NCBI GenBank assembly: GCA_026986535.1
Contig: JALSOK010000030.1
Coordinates: 1-56,287 of the forward strand
Reading direction: 5' to 3'
Source of the DNA: a candidate division WOR-3 bacterium
Lineage (GTDB): Bacteria > Hydrothermota > Hydrothermia > LBFQ01 > DSFT01
Length of the DNA: 56,287 nt
The position numbers were made by a program, and so were the translations under genes. Positions 35,976-44,040 of this stretch are shown one piece after another. The notes under the pieces are model-generated. The model saw only the letters and a list, made by a program, of their open reading frames with translations, was not told where the DNA came from and made no database searches. Every line of letters starts with the position of its first letter. Within the stretch, counting starts at the first letter, position 1.

Positions 35976-36097
35976 TTCAACTTCGATTCAATCAAAACAT
36001 ATTGATTTAGTATGATTTCAATTTGCGATAAAATTTTTGAGATTAATTCACTTTTCCTGGAGTTAAAATGGTGTAAAATTTAAACACGGGGGATATC

Positions 36098-36748
36098 ATG
36101 AGAGTATTTTACGATACAGGGCTGTATGGGACGGTGGCGCTGGTGCGGAATTCTCAGCTGCACTCTGTGATAGAGCGAATGGTGGAGCAGGGGTTTTCCG
36201 GCCTGATGTCCATAGAGGGAGTGGGACTGCTCATGTTCGTGGAGGGGGGCTATGTTCCGATTCTCCTGTATGAGGGGCCGGTACCCGATATCATGAGGGT
36301 CTGGACCAGGCCCCTTTCGAGACCAGTTCTGAATCTTATATTTTCCATGGGGGAAATTTCCCGAGAATCTATCGTTTACAGCAATGGTACTCCCGAAACA
36401 ATTTCCCTGCCTTCCCTGGGGGTGGAGGAGCAGGAGGTGGGCATATCGTTCCTCTATTCTGGAAACTCTCATCTGAGGGTTGTGCTTACCAGGTGGCTTC
36501 AGGAGAGGTATCCCCACTACCGTATGGTGGAGCGGGATGTGGAGGAGTCCTCCGTGGTGATCCTCGGTGTGGAGCATCTGGACAGGGTTGTAGATTTGCC
36601 CCCGTATGTTCTCAGAATTCTCATACTGGAGAAGGGGGAAGAGGTGGACAGGGACAGAGTTCAATCGCTCGGCATAAAGATTTTCGAATACCCCTATACC
36701 AGAACCAAGTTCTTCAGGCTCCTCGGGGAGTGGGATAATCTGAACTGA
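36098..36748 (+). CDS. Hypothetical protein (weak DUF4388-like N-terminal pattern)
   Basis: 216-aa ORF preceded by an AT-rich spacer with TAAAAT boxes. GFSGLMSIEGVGLLMFVEGGYV resembles the DUF4388 core. No catalytic motif seen. Confidence 0.4.
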   Translation: MRVFYDTGLYGTVALVRNSQLHSVIERMVEQGFSGLMSIEGVGLLMFVEGGYVPILLYEGPVPDIMRVWTRPLSRPVLNLIFSMGEISRESIVYSNGTPETISLPSLGVEEQEVGISFLYSGNSHLRVVLTRWLQERYPHYRMVERDVEESSVVILGVEHLDRVVDLPPYVLRILILEKGEEVDRDRVQSLGIKIFEYPYTRTKFFRLLGEWDNLN

Positions 36749-36768
36749 CTTTAAAATTTGCCCGTCCG

Positions 36769-37116
36769 ATGTGGAGAATAATCGTTCGGGAGACTTTCTC
36801 GGCCGCCCACCGCCTCGACAGGTACAGGGGAAGACCGGAGCCGCTTCATGGTCACAATTATCGCGTGGAGGTGTACATAGAATCCCGAACCCTGAACGAT
36901 GAGGGTATAACCATAGACTTCCTGGAAGTGAAGGAGTACCTGAGGAAGATCCTTCCCGACAGGAGGTACCTTAACGAAATCTATCCGTTTCCCACGAGCG
37001 CCGAAAATATAGCAAGGGAGATATACAGGAAGATGAAGGAAAGATATCCCACAACCGTAAAAGTGGTCCTGTGGGAGACGGAGGACATGGGGGTGGAATA
37101 TGCCGAAGCTGAGTAG
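36769..37116 (+). CDS. queD: 6-carboxy-5,6,7,8-tetrahydropterin synthase QueD
   Basis: 115 aa with FSAAHRL, LHGHNYRVEV and the C-terminal WETE pattern of PTPS/QueD. Confidence 0.85.
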   Translation: MWRIIVRETFSAAHRLDRYRGRPEPLHGHNYRVEVYIESRTLNDEGITIDFLEVKEYLRKILPDRRYLNEIYPFPTSAENIAREIYRKMKERYPTTVKVVLWETEDMGVEYAEAE

Positions 37117-37369
37117 TATGGGCAAACTGGTTGTGACCCTCCTTCCCATGGTGATGGATATCGTGGGGTATGGCAGGAGGGAGGAGGAGCTCAGAACCAG
37201 CATAGATGATCTGCATGAGCGTCTGGGTGCCATAGAGGAGCACCTCGATAGCATGTATCTTTCTCTGCGCAGGGAGATAAGAATCCTCAACCTCTACCTG
37301 AAGGTTTCCATAGCTCTCAATGTACTGCTCCTTGTCCTGTTGATGGTGGTTCTGATAAGGATATGGTAA
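37100..37369 (+). CDS. Small coiled-coil protein with C-terminal TM helix (tail-anchored), paralog group member
   Basis: 89 aa. Central heptad-like EEELRTSIDDLHERLGAIEEHLDSMYLSLRREIR, then VSIALNVLLLVLLMVVLIRIW at the extreme C-terminus. Confidence 0.5.
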   Translation: MPKLSSMGKLVVTLLPMVMDIVGYGRREEELRTSIDDLHERLGAIEEHLDSMYLSLRREIRILNLYLKVSIALNVLLLVLLMVVLIRIW

Positions 37370-38403
37370 AGATAAGCACCATAGAGGAGGCCCTGGAGGA
37401 TATCCGGAAGGGCAGGCCCATAATAATCGTGGATGATGAGGACAGGGAGAACGAGGGGGACTTCTTCGTTCCTGCCCAGATATGCCGTCCGGAGCATATA
37501 AACTTCATGGCGCGGGTTGGAGGGGGGCTGGTCTGTGTCTCCATGAATCCGGAAAGGTTCGAACAGCTGGAGCTGGATGTGCCCCTGAAGAACACATCGC
37601 GGTTCGGGACCCCCTTCGGAATCCCTATAGATTACAAAGAGGTCACAACGGGCACCTCCGCCCACGAGAGGGCCCTGACGGCCCGGATGGTGGCTGATGA
37701 GAGCAGGGGACCTTCGGACTTCATCCGCCCCGGCCACCTATATACCCTTAAGGCCCGCAGGGGGGGTGTGCTGGAGAGGGCCGGGCATACGGAGGCCAGC
37801 GTGGATCTGGCGCGGCTGGCCGGATTCTACCCCGCAGGTGTAATATGCGAGGTGATGGACGAGGACGGAAGCATGGCCCGCCTGCCCCGGCTTGGGGAGA
37901 TTGCCCGCAGGTACGATTTGAAGATCATAACTATAAGGGACCTGATAGAGTACCGCCTCAGGCGGGAGACCATCGTGGAAAAGGTGGAGGAGAGGACTGT
38001 GGACACTGCCTATGGAAGGATGAATCTCTACACTTTCAGGGACATATACGGCAGGAAGCACTATGCGCTGGAGAAGGTCTCGGATTCGGATGTCAAATTC
38101 GTGAGGGTCCACAGGGCCAATATTCTGGCGGATGTGCTGATGGTCAGGGATGTGGAGGACTTCGGAAAGAGGGAGAAGGCAATGAGGGTTATAAGCGAGA
38201 GGGGAGGGGCCTTCATTTACCTGGATGCGGGCAATGGAAACCTGGAGCCCGGCGAGAAGATGGACTTCAGGGATTATGGTATCGGGGCCCAGATTATCCG
38301 CCTCCTTGGATACAGGAGGATTATACCCATTACTTCCAGACCCCTCAACTATAAGGGAATAGAGGGTTTCGGGATAGTCATAGAGGGATTCGAACTGATA
38401 TAG
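37363..38403 (+). CDS. ribB: 3,4-dihydroxy-2-butanone-4-phosphate synthase fused to a degenerate GTP cyclohydrolase II-like domain (RibBX-type)
   Basis: RibB motifs IIVDDEDRENEGDF and ERAGHTEASVDLARLAG. The C-terminal domain reads VRVHRANILADV where RibA has VRVHSECLTGD, and the zinc cysteines are absent. Confidence 0.8.
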   Translation: MVKISTIEEALEDIRKGRPIIIVDDEDRENEGDFFVPAQICRPEHINFMARVGGGLVCVSMNPERFEQLELDVPLKNTSRFGTPFGIPIDYKEVTTGTSAHERALTARMVADESRGPSDFIRPGHLYTLKARRGGVLERAGHTEASVDLARLAGFYPAGVICEVMDEDGSMARLPRLGEIARRYDLKIITIRDLIEYRLRRETIVEKVEERTVDTAYGRMNLYTFRDIYGRKHYALEKVSDSDVKFVRVHRANILADVLMVRDVEDFGKREKAMRVISERGGAFIYLDAGNGNLEPGEKMDFRDYGIGAQIIRLLGYRRIIPITSRPLNYKGIEGFGIVIEGFELI

Positions 38404-38772
38404 GTATCGTCCTGTGGGGACATACACTTAAAATTGTGTAAGGGGAGGTGGTAGAGATTCCAGGGGGAAGGAGGAAGTAAAGATTCCCCGAACCAGAAAG
38501 CAAGCTCCTGCCGCAGAGATGGAAGAGGAACGGGATTTCCATGGGTTATACCCGTGGCACTGCAAAGACAGTCCCCTCGGAACCGGGCATAAAAGCAGGG
38601 GATATAGAAGCCATAAATACTTCTCCTGTGGATGAGAGGGTGGCTTTCGTATATCTGGATGGGCGCAGATCTTGAAACTCCTGGTGGGAAGGGGCCTCAG
38701 TGGTCTTTCACAGGCGATTCAGCCCATATCTCCCCGGTCTGACCTTTCAGGTCCTTAAGGAGGAATTTGCCC

Positions 38773-38952
38773 GTGAAGGAGACCGAAAAGGAGAGGTTTG
38801 TGGACAGGCTGATGGAGTTCCCCCGTATGGAGTTCTATTTCAAGTCCCTTATCGATAATGCTTCCTTCTCTACCAATCTCATAGGAGCTGTTTTCAGGCA
38901 GGTCAGAAGGCAGGAGATTATGTCCCTGTTCTGTGCGAAAATCCTTCTGTGA
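38773..38952 (+). CDS. Possible small ORF (59 aa), unknown function
   Basis: GTG 38773 is preceded by AAGGAGG 9 nt upstream. There is no family recognition, so it could be spurious. Confidence 0.25.
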   Translation: MKETEKERFVDRLMEFPRMEFYFKSLIDNASFSTNLIGAVFRQVRRQEIMSLFCAKILL

Positions 38953-38977
38953 GTGATGTTTTGACATTTTGAGGCTT

Positions 38978-38983
38978 TAACAT
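38978..38983 (+). promoter_or_regulatory. -10-like box TAACAT, 7 nt upstream of the GT2 ATG
   Basis: Reads GCTTTAACAT-TTCCACG-ATG. Confidence 0.45.
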
Positions 38984-38990
38984 TTCCACG

Positions 38991-39725
38991 ATGTCGAAGT
39001 ACAGGAAGTTGTCCATAGTTATTCCTGTTTACAATGAAAAGGATTACATCGAAAAGATACTGAACATGGTCAGGGGGGTGGACCTGGGATATGATCTCGA
39101 AAGGGAGATAATAGTCGTGGATGATGGTTCCACGGACGGCACCAGGGATATACTGCGTCGGCTGGAGAACTCCGATGAGTTCAGGGGTATTCTCAGGGTG
39201 ATTTTCCACGAGAAGAATCAGGGTAAGGGAGGGGCCCTGAATACCGGCTTCAAATATGTGACCGGTGATATAGTGGTCATACAGGATGCAGACCTGGAAT
39301 ACGACCCCCGCGACTGGAAGGAGATGCTCCGCCTGTTTATGGAGGGATGGGCGGATGTGGTCTATGGCTCCCGCTTCTACGGCAAATCGCACAGGGTCCT
39401 CTATTACCATCACTTCATGGGCAACAAGGTCATCACCTTCCTCATCAATCTCCTGTACAACATGACCTTTTCCGATATAGAGGTGTGCTACAAGATGTTC
39501 ACGAAGGAGGTTCTGGACAGGCTGATGCCCTTCCGCTCTCGGGATTTCGGCTTCGAGGTGGAGATAACGACCAGGATTTCCAAGCTGGCCAACAGGGGAG
39601 AGGTAAGGGTTTACGAAACGGCCATAAATTATTATGGCCGGACCTACTCTGAGGGGAAAAAGATAGGCTGGAAGGATGGATTTAAGGCTCTATGGTACAT
39701 TCTAAAGCACAAATTCGTCTGGTAG
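38991..39725 (+). CDS. Family 2 glycosyltransferase (polyprenyl-phosphate sugar synthase-like)
   Basis: Motifs LSIVIPVYNE, VVDDGSTDGT, IQDADLEYDP and GSRF. Size and motifs resemble DPM1/GtrB-type GT2 enzymes. Confidence 0.85.
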   Translation: MSKYRKLSIVIPVYNEKDYIEKILNMVRGVDLGYDLEREIIVVDDGSTDGTRDILRRLENSDEFRGILRVIFHEKNQGKGGALNTGFKYVTGDIVVIQDADLEYDPRDWKEMLRLFMEGWADVVYGSRFYGKSHRVLYYHHFMGNKVITFLINLLYNMTFSDIEVCYKMFTKEVLDRLMPFRSRDFGFEVEITTRISKLANRGEVRVYETAINYYGRTYSEGKKIGWKDGFKALWYILKHKFVW

Positions 39726-41182
39726 GGACGGGTGCTGTTTATTTAATCTGGATACTTATATCCATTCTGGGGGCTTTTCTGACCCTGTGGGTGTCGCCCC
39801 ACGGATTCACCGTGACTCCCGACTCCGTGTATTATCTCATGGGAGCAGAGGGAATAAGGAGGGGACTGGGGTTCGTCTCTTTCGAGGCCGGCGGCATTCT
39901 CAGGCCCATAACCCACTGGCCCCCCCTGTATTCCCTTCTCATAGCATTTCTGGGAGCCGGTGCTGTCAATGTGCTGTCTTTTGCCCTGATTATCTTTCTC
40001 ACCTCCCTCCTGATTTATACGGCATCCGATGACCCCGTGTACTCTGCGATTGGGGGTCTGCTGGTTTCCACTTCTCCAATACTGCTCAAGTTCTCTTCCA
40101 CGGTTCTGACGGAGATTCTCTTCGCTCTCTGGGTTCTGCTGATACTCTTCCTCATGTTCAGGCATGCTCTCTCGGGAAGGGACAGGTGCCTTGCCCTTAT
40201 GGGTCTGCTTTCTGCCCTCGCCGTCCTCACCCGGTATGCGGGGCTGTTCCTGATGCTTCCGTTCGCATATTACTGGTTGCGCAGGAGACTGCCCCTGTGG
40301 AAGGGGGGCCTTCTAACCCTTTCGCCCGCTATAACCTATGTCCTGTGGAAGTTCTACCTCATCTCGGTCGGGGGAGAGGAGACCCGCCATCTGGTGTTTC
40401 ATCCCCCCTCCGGATATCACCTGAAGGTGTTTCTGGAGACTGTGGTCAGGTTCATCTCTTTCGTTCCCTCTGTTCTGCTCAATCCGGCGATCCTGCTGGT
40501 TCTCGTTGCCGGGGTGCTCCTTCTTGTATTTGCCCGCGGAGGGAAGGTGGATGGGAGGCGCAGAATGCTCATAGAAATGGCTGTAGTCTTCTTTATGTCC
40601 TATCTGATATTCCTTTTTCTCTCCATATCCCTGATGGATTTCTACACCCTTCCCGATGAGCGCATCCTGTCCGTCCTCTATCCCCTCCTGGTTGTGGCCC
40701 TGGTCTCCTATCTCTCCACATTTCCCCTGAGCAGAGCCGGACTGTTCCTTCTGACCCTTGTGGCCCTCAATCTGTACGGGGATGCCGCCCTCCGTCGGGA
40801 GAAATCTGCCCCCTATACGGGATACAACGGCCCATATTACAGGCATCTTCAGGTGATAGACTATGTCAGGAAGCATCTTCCCCCCGATGCGATAATCTAC
40901 AGCAATGGGCCGGATCTCCTGTGGTACTACACCCGCAGGCCTGCATCCATGCTCCCCCGCTTGATTCTGCCGGTGGAGAGGAGGTACAATCCCCGCTTCA
41001 AAGAAGAGATGAGGAAGATGTTAGAGCATCTGACTTCGGGGAAGGGCTACATCGTCATCTTCGCACCGATTCGAAGGGGCTATCTCCCCCCGGTCAGAGA
41101 TATAATGAGGGAGGTTCCGGTGAAGGATGTCGTGGAGCTGAGGGATGGCCTTATACTGGTGGTGGAAAATGGAAAGGGTTGA
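39692..41182 (+). CDS. Polytopic membrane glycosyltransferase, GT39/GT83 (ArnT/PMT)-like
   Basis: 496 aa with about 10 or more hydrophobic segments in the first 350 aa and a soluble C-terminal domain. It sits after a GT2 polyprenyl-P-sugar synthase. The family call rests on architecture and the start is uncertain. Confidence 0.6.
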   Translation: MVHSKAQIRLVGTGAVYLIWILISILGAFLTLWVSPHGFTVTPDSVYYLMGAEGIRRGLGFVSFEAGGILRPITHWPPLYSLLIAFLGAGAVNVLSFALIIFLTSLLIYTASDDPVYSAIGGLLVSTSPILLKFSSTVLTEILFALWVLLILFLMFRHALSGRDRCLALMGLLSALAVLTRYAGLFLMLPFAYYWLRRRLPLWKGGLLTLSPAITYVLWKFYLISVGGEETRHLVFHPPSGYHLKVFLETVVRFISFVPSVLLNPAILLVLVAGVLLLVFARGGKVDGRRRMLIEMAVVFFMSYLIFLFLSISLMDFYTLPDERILSVLYPLLVVALVSYLSTFPLSRAGLFLLTLVALNLYGDAALRREKSAPYTGYNGPYYRHLQVIDYVRKHLPPDAIIYSNGPDLLWYYTRRPASMLPRLILPVERRYNPRFKEEMRKMLEHLTSGKGYIVIFAPIRRGYLPPVRDIMREVPVKDVVELRDGLILVVENGKG

Positions 41183-41945
41183 ACTGTCTGTTCTGATAAT
41201 CGCATACAATGAGGAGGACAATCTGCCCCGCCTTCTGGACAGCCTGAGCCTCATCGGGGTTCCCCACGAGGTGGTGGTGGTGGATGCCTTCTCTCAGGAC
41301 CGAACTGTGGAAATTGCCCGCTCCCGCGGTGCGCGCGTGTATCAGAGGAGGTGGGAGGGATACAGGAAGCAGAGGGAATTCGCCCTGTCCCTTGCACGGG
41401 GAAGGTGGGTCCTCTTCCTGGATGCGGATGAATGGCTGACTCCGGAGATTGCCCGGGAGATCACCCGAATCGTTGAGAGGGACGGTCCCTGCGATGGATA
41501 CAGGCTCAGGCGCAGGAATGTGTATCTGGGCAAACTCCAGAGGAAGTTGCCGGAGAAGATAGAGCGGCTGGGGAGAAGGGAGAATATGAGCATATCGGGT
41601 CTGTATGTCCACGAGAGGCCGGCAATTAAGGGCCGGGTATGCACAACGAAGCACTACATCATGCACCTGCCGTACAGGGATCTGAAGCACCACTGGGAGA
41701 AGAACACCCGCTATGCATACCTGTCTGCCCTGGAGAAGTACGAAAGGGGGAGAAGGGCGGGCATCGTGGATTTAACCCTGCGGCCCTTTGCCACTTTCCT
41801 CAGGCACTACTTTCTTCAGCTGAACTTTCTGGACGGATGGAGGGGGCTGGTTTACGCCGTATCGCAGTCCTGGTATGTGTTCCAGAAGTATGCTTTTTTG
41901 AGGGAGCTTCACCTGAGAGGTAAAGATTTACCTGATAAGGGGTAG
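41169..41945 (+). CDS. Family 2 glycosyltransferase
   Basis: Motifs LSVLIIAYNEEDNLPRLL, VVVDAFSQDRT and FLDADEW. Start at ATG 41169 (MERVEL). Confidence 0.8.
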   Translation: MERVELSVLIIAYNEEDNLPRLLDSLSLIGVPHEVVVVDAFSQDRTVEIARSRGARVYQRRWEGYRKQREFALSLARGRWVLFLDADEWLTPEIAREITRIVERDGPCDGYRLRRRNVYLGKLQRKLPEKIERLGRRENMSISGLYVHERPAIKGRVCTTKHYIMHLPYRDLKHHWEKNTRYAYLSALEKYERGRRAGIVDLTLRPFATFLRHYFLQLNFLDGWRGLVYAVSQSWYVFQKYAFLRELHLRGKDLPDKG

Positions 41946-42332
41946 CAGTGCCCTTGCCGCTTCCTCTCCTTTGTTCCCGAACTTGCCTCCCGCCCTGTTG
42001 AGGGCCTGCTCTATGGAATCCACGGTCAGCACTCCGAATGTTATGGGTATATCCTTCTCCAGTGCCAGCTTCATCAGGCCGAAGGAGACCGCCCGTGCTA
42101 TATGGTCATTGTGGTCGGTTTCCCCCTTTATGATGCATCCGAGGGCTATGAAGCCCTCGTAATCCCTGTCCGCTTCCCTGAGGAGCCTTGCTATCATCTG
42201 CGGGATTTCGAAGGAGCCTTCGACCCAGTGAACATCGAATTCTATGCCGTTTTCCTCCAGAACCGAGGTGGCCCCGTCCAGCAGTCTCTCGGTTATCAGC
42301 TGGTTGAATCTGGACACCACTATGCCCACCAT
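41928..42332 (-). CDS. ribH: 6,7-dimethyl-8-ribityllumazine synthase
   Basis: Motifs VGIVVSRFN, VEGSFEIP, ALGCIIKGETDH and GVLT. Confidence 0.9.
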   Translation of the reverse strand: MVGIVVSRFNQLITERLLDGATSVLEENGIEFDVHWVEGSFEIPQMIARLLREADRDYEGFIALGCIIKGETDHNDHIARAVSFGLMKLALEKDIPITFGVLTVDSIEQALNRAGGKFGNKGEEAARALLPLIR

Positions 42333-42333
42333 A

Positions 42334-43674
42334 TCACACCACTTCCTTTACGGCTTCGACGAGGGCATCTATCTCCTCTCTTCTGCGCTTCTCCGTTGCC
42401 GCCATCAGGATGTAGTGGTCTCCGAGGGCCTCCACCGCTGGTCCCACCAGGAATCCCCTGTGGGCCATCTCGTGTATGAATTCGTCTGCCTTCATGGGGG
42501 TTCTGACCACGAATTCCCTGAAGGTGGGGCTCCTGAAGGGGATTTCCAGCCCTGCATCGGCCAGTTTTTCCTTCATGTATTCGGCCTTGTAGAAGCTCTG
42601 GAGGGCCGCTTCCTTCAGTCCCCGTTTCCCCATCAGGGTCAGGTAAATGGTCACTATGGTGGCAATCAGCTGTTGATTCGTGCATATATTGGAGGTGGCC
42701 TTTGCCCTCCTTATGTGCTGTTCCCTCGTCTGCAGTGTGGTCACATATCCCCTTCTTCCCTGCCCGTCGTAAGTGAGAGCCACTATGCGGCCGGGCAGTT
42801 GCCGTATGTACTTCTTCTTGGATGTGAAGAGTCCCACATACGGGCCTCCGAAGGAAAGGGGAACGCCGAGGGGCTGCCCTTCACCCACAGCGATATCCGC
42901 ATCGTACTTGCCGGGGGGCTCCAGCATGGCCAGACTGGTGGGCTCGAATACTGCGATGAGCAGTTTCCCCCTTTCCCTGACGAGCGAGGATATTCTGAAG
43001 GGGTCTTCCAGTATTCCGAAGAAGTTGGGATGCTGGATTACCACGGAGGCCGTCTCGTCATCGATGGTCCGGGAGAGGGCCTCCTCGTCTATCCGTCCGC
43101 TGCTGTCGAATGGAACTTCCACGATCTCAGCCTCTATTCCATGCAGATATGTTTCCAGAACCCGTCTGTAGGCGGGGTTGAGGTTTGCGGGAACGATGAC
43201 TTTGTATTTCTTCGATATTCTGAAGCTCATCAGGACTGCCTCGGCAAGGGCAGTTGCACCGTCGTAAACGGAAGCGTTCGCCACCTCCATATCGGTCAGC
43301 TCTGTGATCAGGGACTGGAATTCGAACATGGTCTGCAGGGTCCCCTGCGAAACCTCGGGCTGGTAGGGGGTATAGGCGGTGTAGAATTCGCTGCGCAGGA
43401 TCAGGTGGTTTATGGCGGATGGGACGAAGACATCGTAGGCGCCGCCCCCTGCGAATATGGTGAGCATCCTGTTGAGGCTGGCCACCTTTTCCATGTACTC
43501 GCGGGCTTCCTCCTCGGAGAGGGCGGGAGGGAGGTCGAGGGGTTCTTCGTGTATCTTCACCCGGTCGGTGCCCACGGCATGCCTGTAGAGCTCCATTAAA
43601 CTGGAGAAACCGATTCTTTCCAGCATTTTCTTTATATCTTCATCCCCGGAGCCGAAATAGTGTTTTGCATACAT
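42334..43674 (-). CDS. gcvPA: Glycine dehydrogenase (aminomethyl-transferring) subunit 1
   Basis: 446 aa. GcvPA pattern FAGGGAYD, YTPYQPEVSQG, EFQ and ANASVYDGATA. Confidence 0.9.
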   Translation of the reverse strand: MYAKHYFGSGDEDIKKMLERIGFSSLMELYRHAVGTDRVKIHEEPLDLPPALSEEEAREYMEKVASLNRMLTIFAGGGAYDVFVPSAINHLILRSEFYTAYTPYQPEVSQGTLQTMFEFQSLITELTDMEVANASVYDGATALAEAVLMSFRISKKYKVIVPANLNPAYRRVLETYLHGIEAEIVEVPFDSSGRIDEEALSRTIDDETASVVIQHPNFFGILEDPFRISSLVRERGKLLIAVFEPTSLAMLEPPGKYDADIAVGEGQPLGVPLSFGGPYVGLFTSKKKYIRQLPGRIVALTYDGQGRRGYVTTLQTREQHIRRAKATSNICTNQQLIATIVTIYLTLMGKRGLKEAALQSFYKAEYMKEKLADAGLEIPFRSPTFREFVVRTPMKADEFIHEMAHRGFLVGPAVEALGDHYILMAATEKRRREEIDALVEAVKEVV

Positions 43675-43720
43675 GGTTTTAAAATCTTAAAGGGGGTCCC
43701 GGGGTGCTTTTACCGACTCT

Positions 43721-44014
43721 TCATCTCATCAGCAGGATTACGAGCAGTACCGCGGCCATGATTGTGGCAACGAGGGACCAGACCCTGTAGATATTCAATC
43801 GATTTCCCATCTCTTCCAGACGGGATTCGAGGAGGCGATTCCGGGCACGGCAATCTTCCAGGTTCCTTTCCAGCTCCCTGATTTTCTCGTAGTAATTTTC
43901 AGCAGGGGCCATCGGGGATTTTTCGTTGAAAGCCCTGCGCATGAATTTCTTTACCAACTCCCTTGCGATAAATGGTCCCACCTTTTTCACAAATTCTTTC
44001 AGCCTATCCCACAT
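43721..44014 (-). CDS. Small coiled-coil protein with C-terminal TM helix (tail-anchored), paralog A
   Basis: 97 aa: amphipathic N-terminus, coiled coil IRELERNLEDCRARNRLLESRLEEMGNRL, and terminal VWSLVATIMAAVLLVILLMR. TAAAAT box 6 nt upstream of the ATG. Confidence 0.55.
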   Translation of the reverse strand: MWDRLKEFVKKVGPFIARELVKKFMRRAFNEKSPMAPAENYYEKIRELERNLEDCRARNRLLESRLEEMGNRLNIYRVWSLVATIMAAVLLVILLMR

Positions 44015-44020
44015 GGTACA

Positions 44021-44026
44021 ATTTTA
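44021..44026 (-). promoter_or_regulatory. -10 box TAAAAT, 6 nt upstream of the small paralog A ATG
   Basis: The minus strand reads AGTTTTAAAAT-TGTACC-ATG. Confidence 0.45.
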
Positions 44027-44040
44027 AAACTGCCAGGATG

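Noticed and set aside
35976-36097. An AT-rich spacer after cinA contains a GATTCAA direct repeat and several TAAAAT-like boxes. I considered it as a possible origin-like or regulatory element.
   Set aside because: There are no DnaA-box-like 9-mers (TTATCCACA) and no AT-rich 13-mer array. It is most simply the promoter/leader of the 36098 gene; TAAAAT at 36074-36079 lies 18 nt from the ATG, and the leader is GGGGGA-containing.
38735-38765. The sequence TCAGGTCCTTAAGGAGGAA superficially resembles the SRP (4.5S) RNA core AGGTCCGGAAGGAAGCAGC.
   Set aside because: The match breaks at the conserved GGAA/GCA positions and no complementary 5' arm is present. The AAGGAGG is better explained as the SD of the small ORF starting at GTG 38773.
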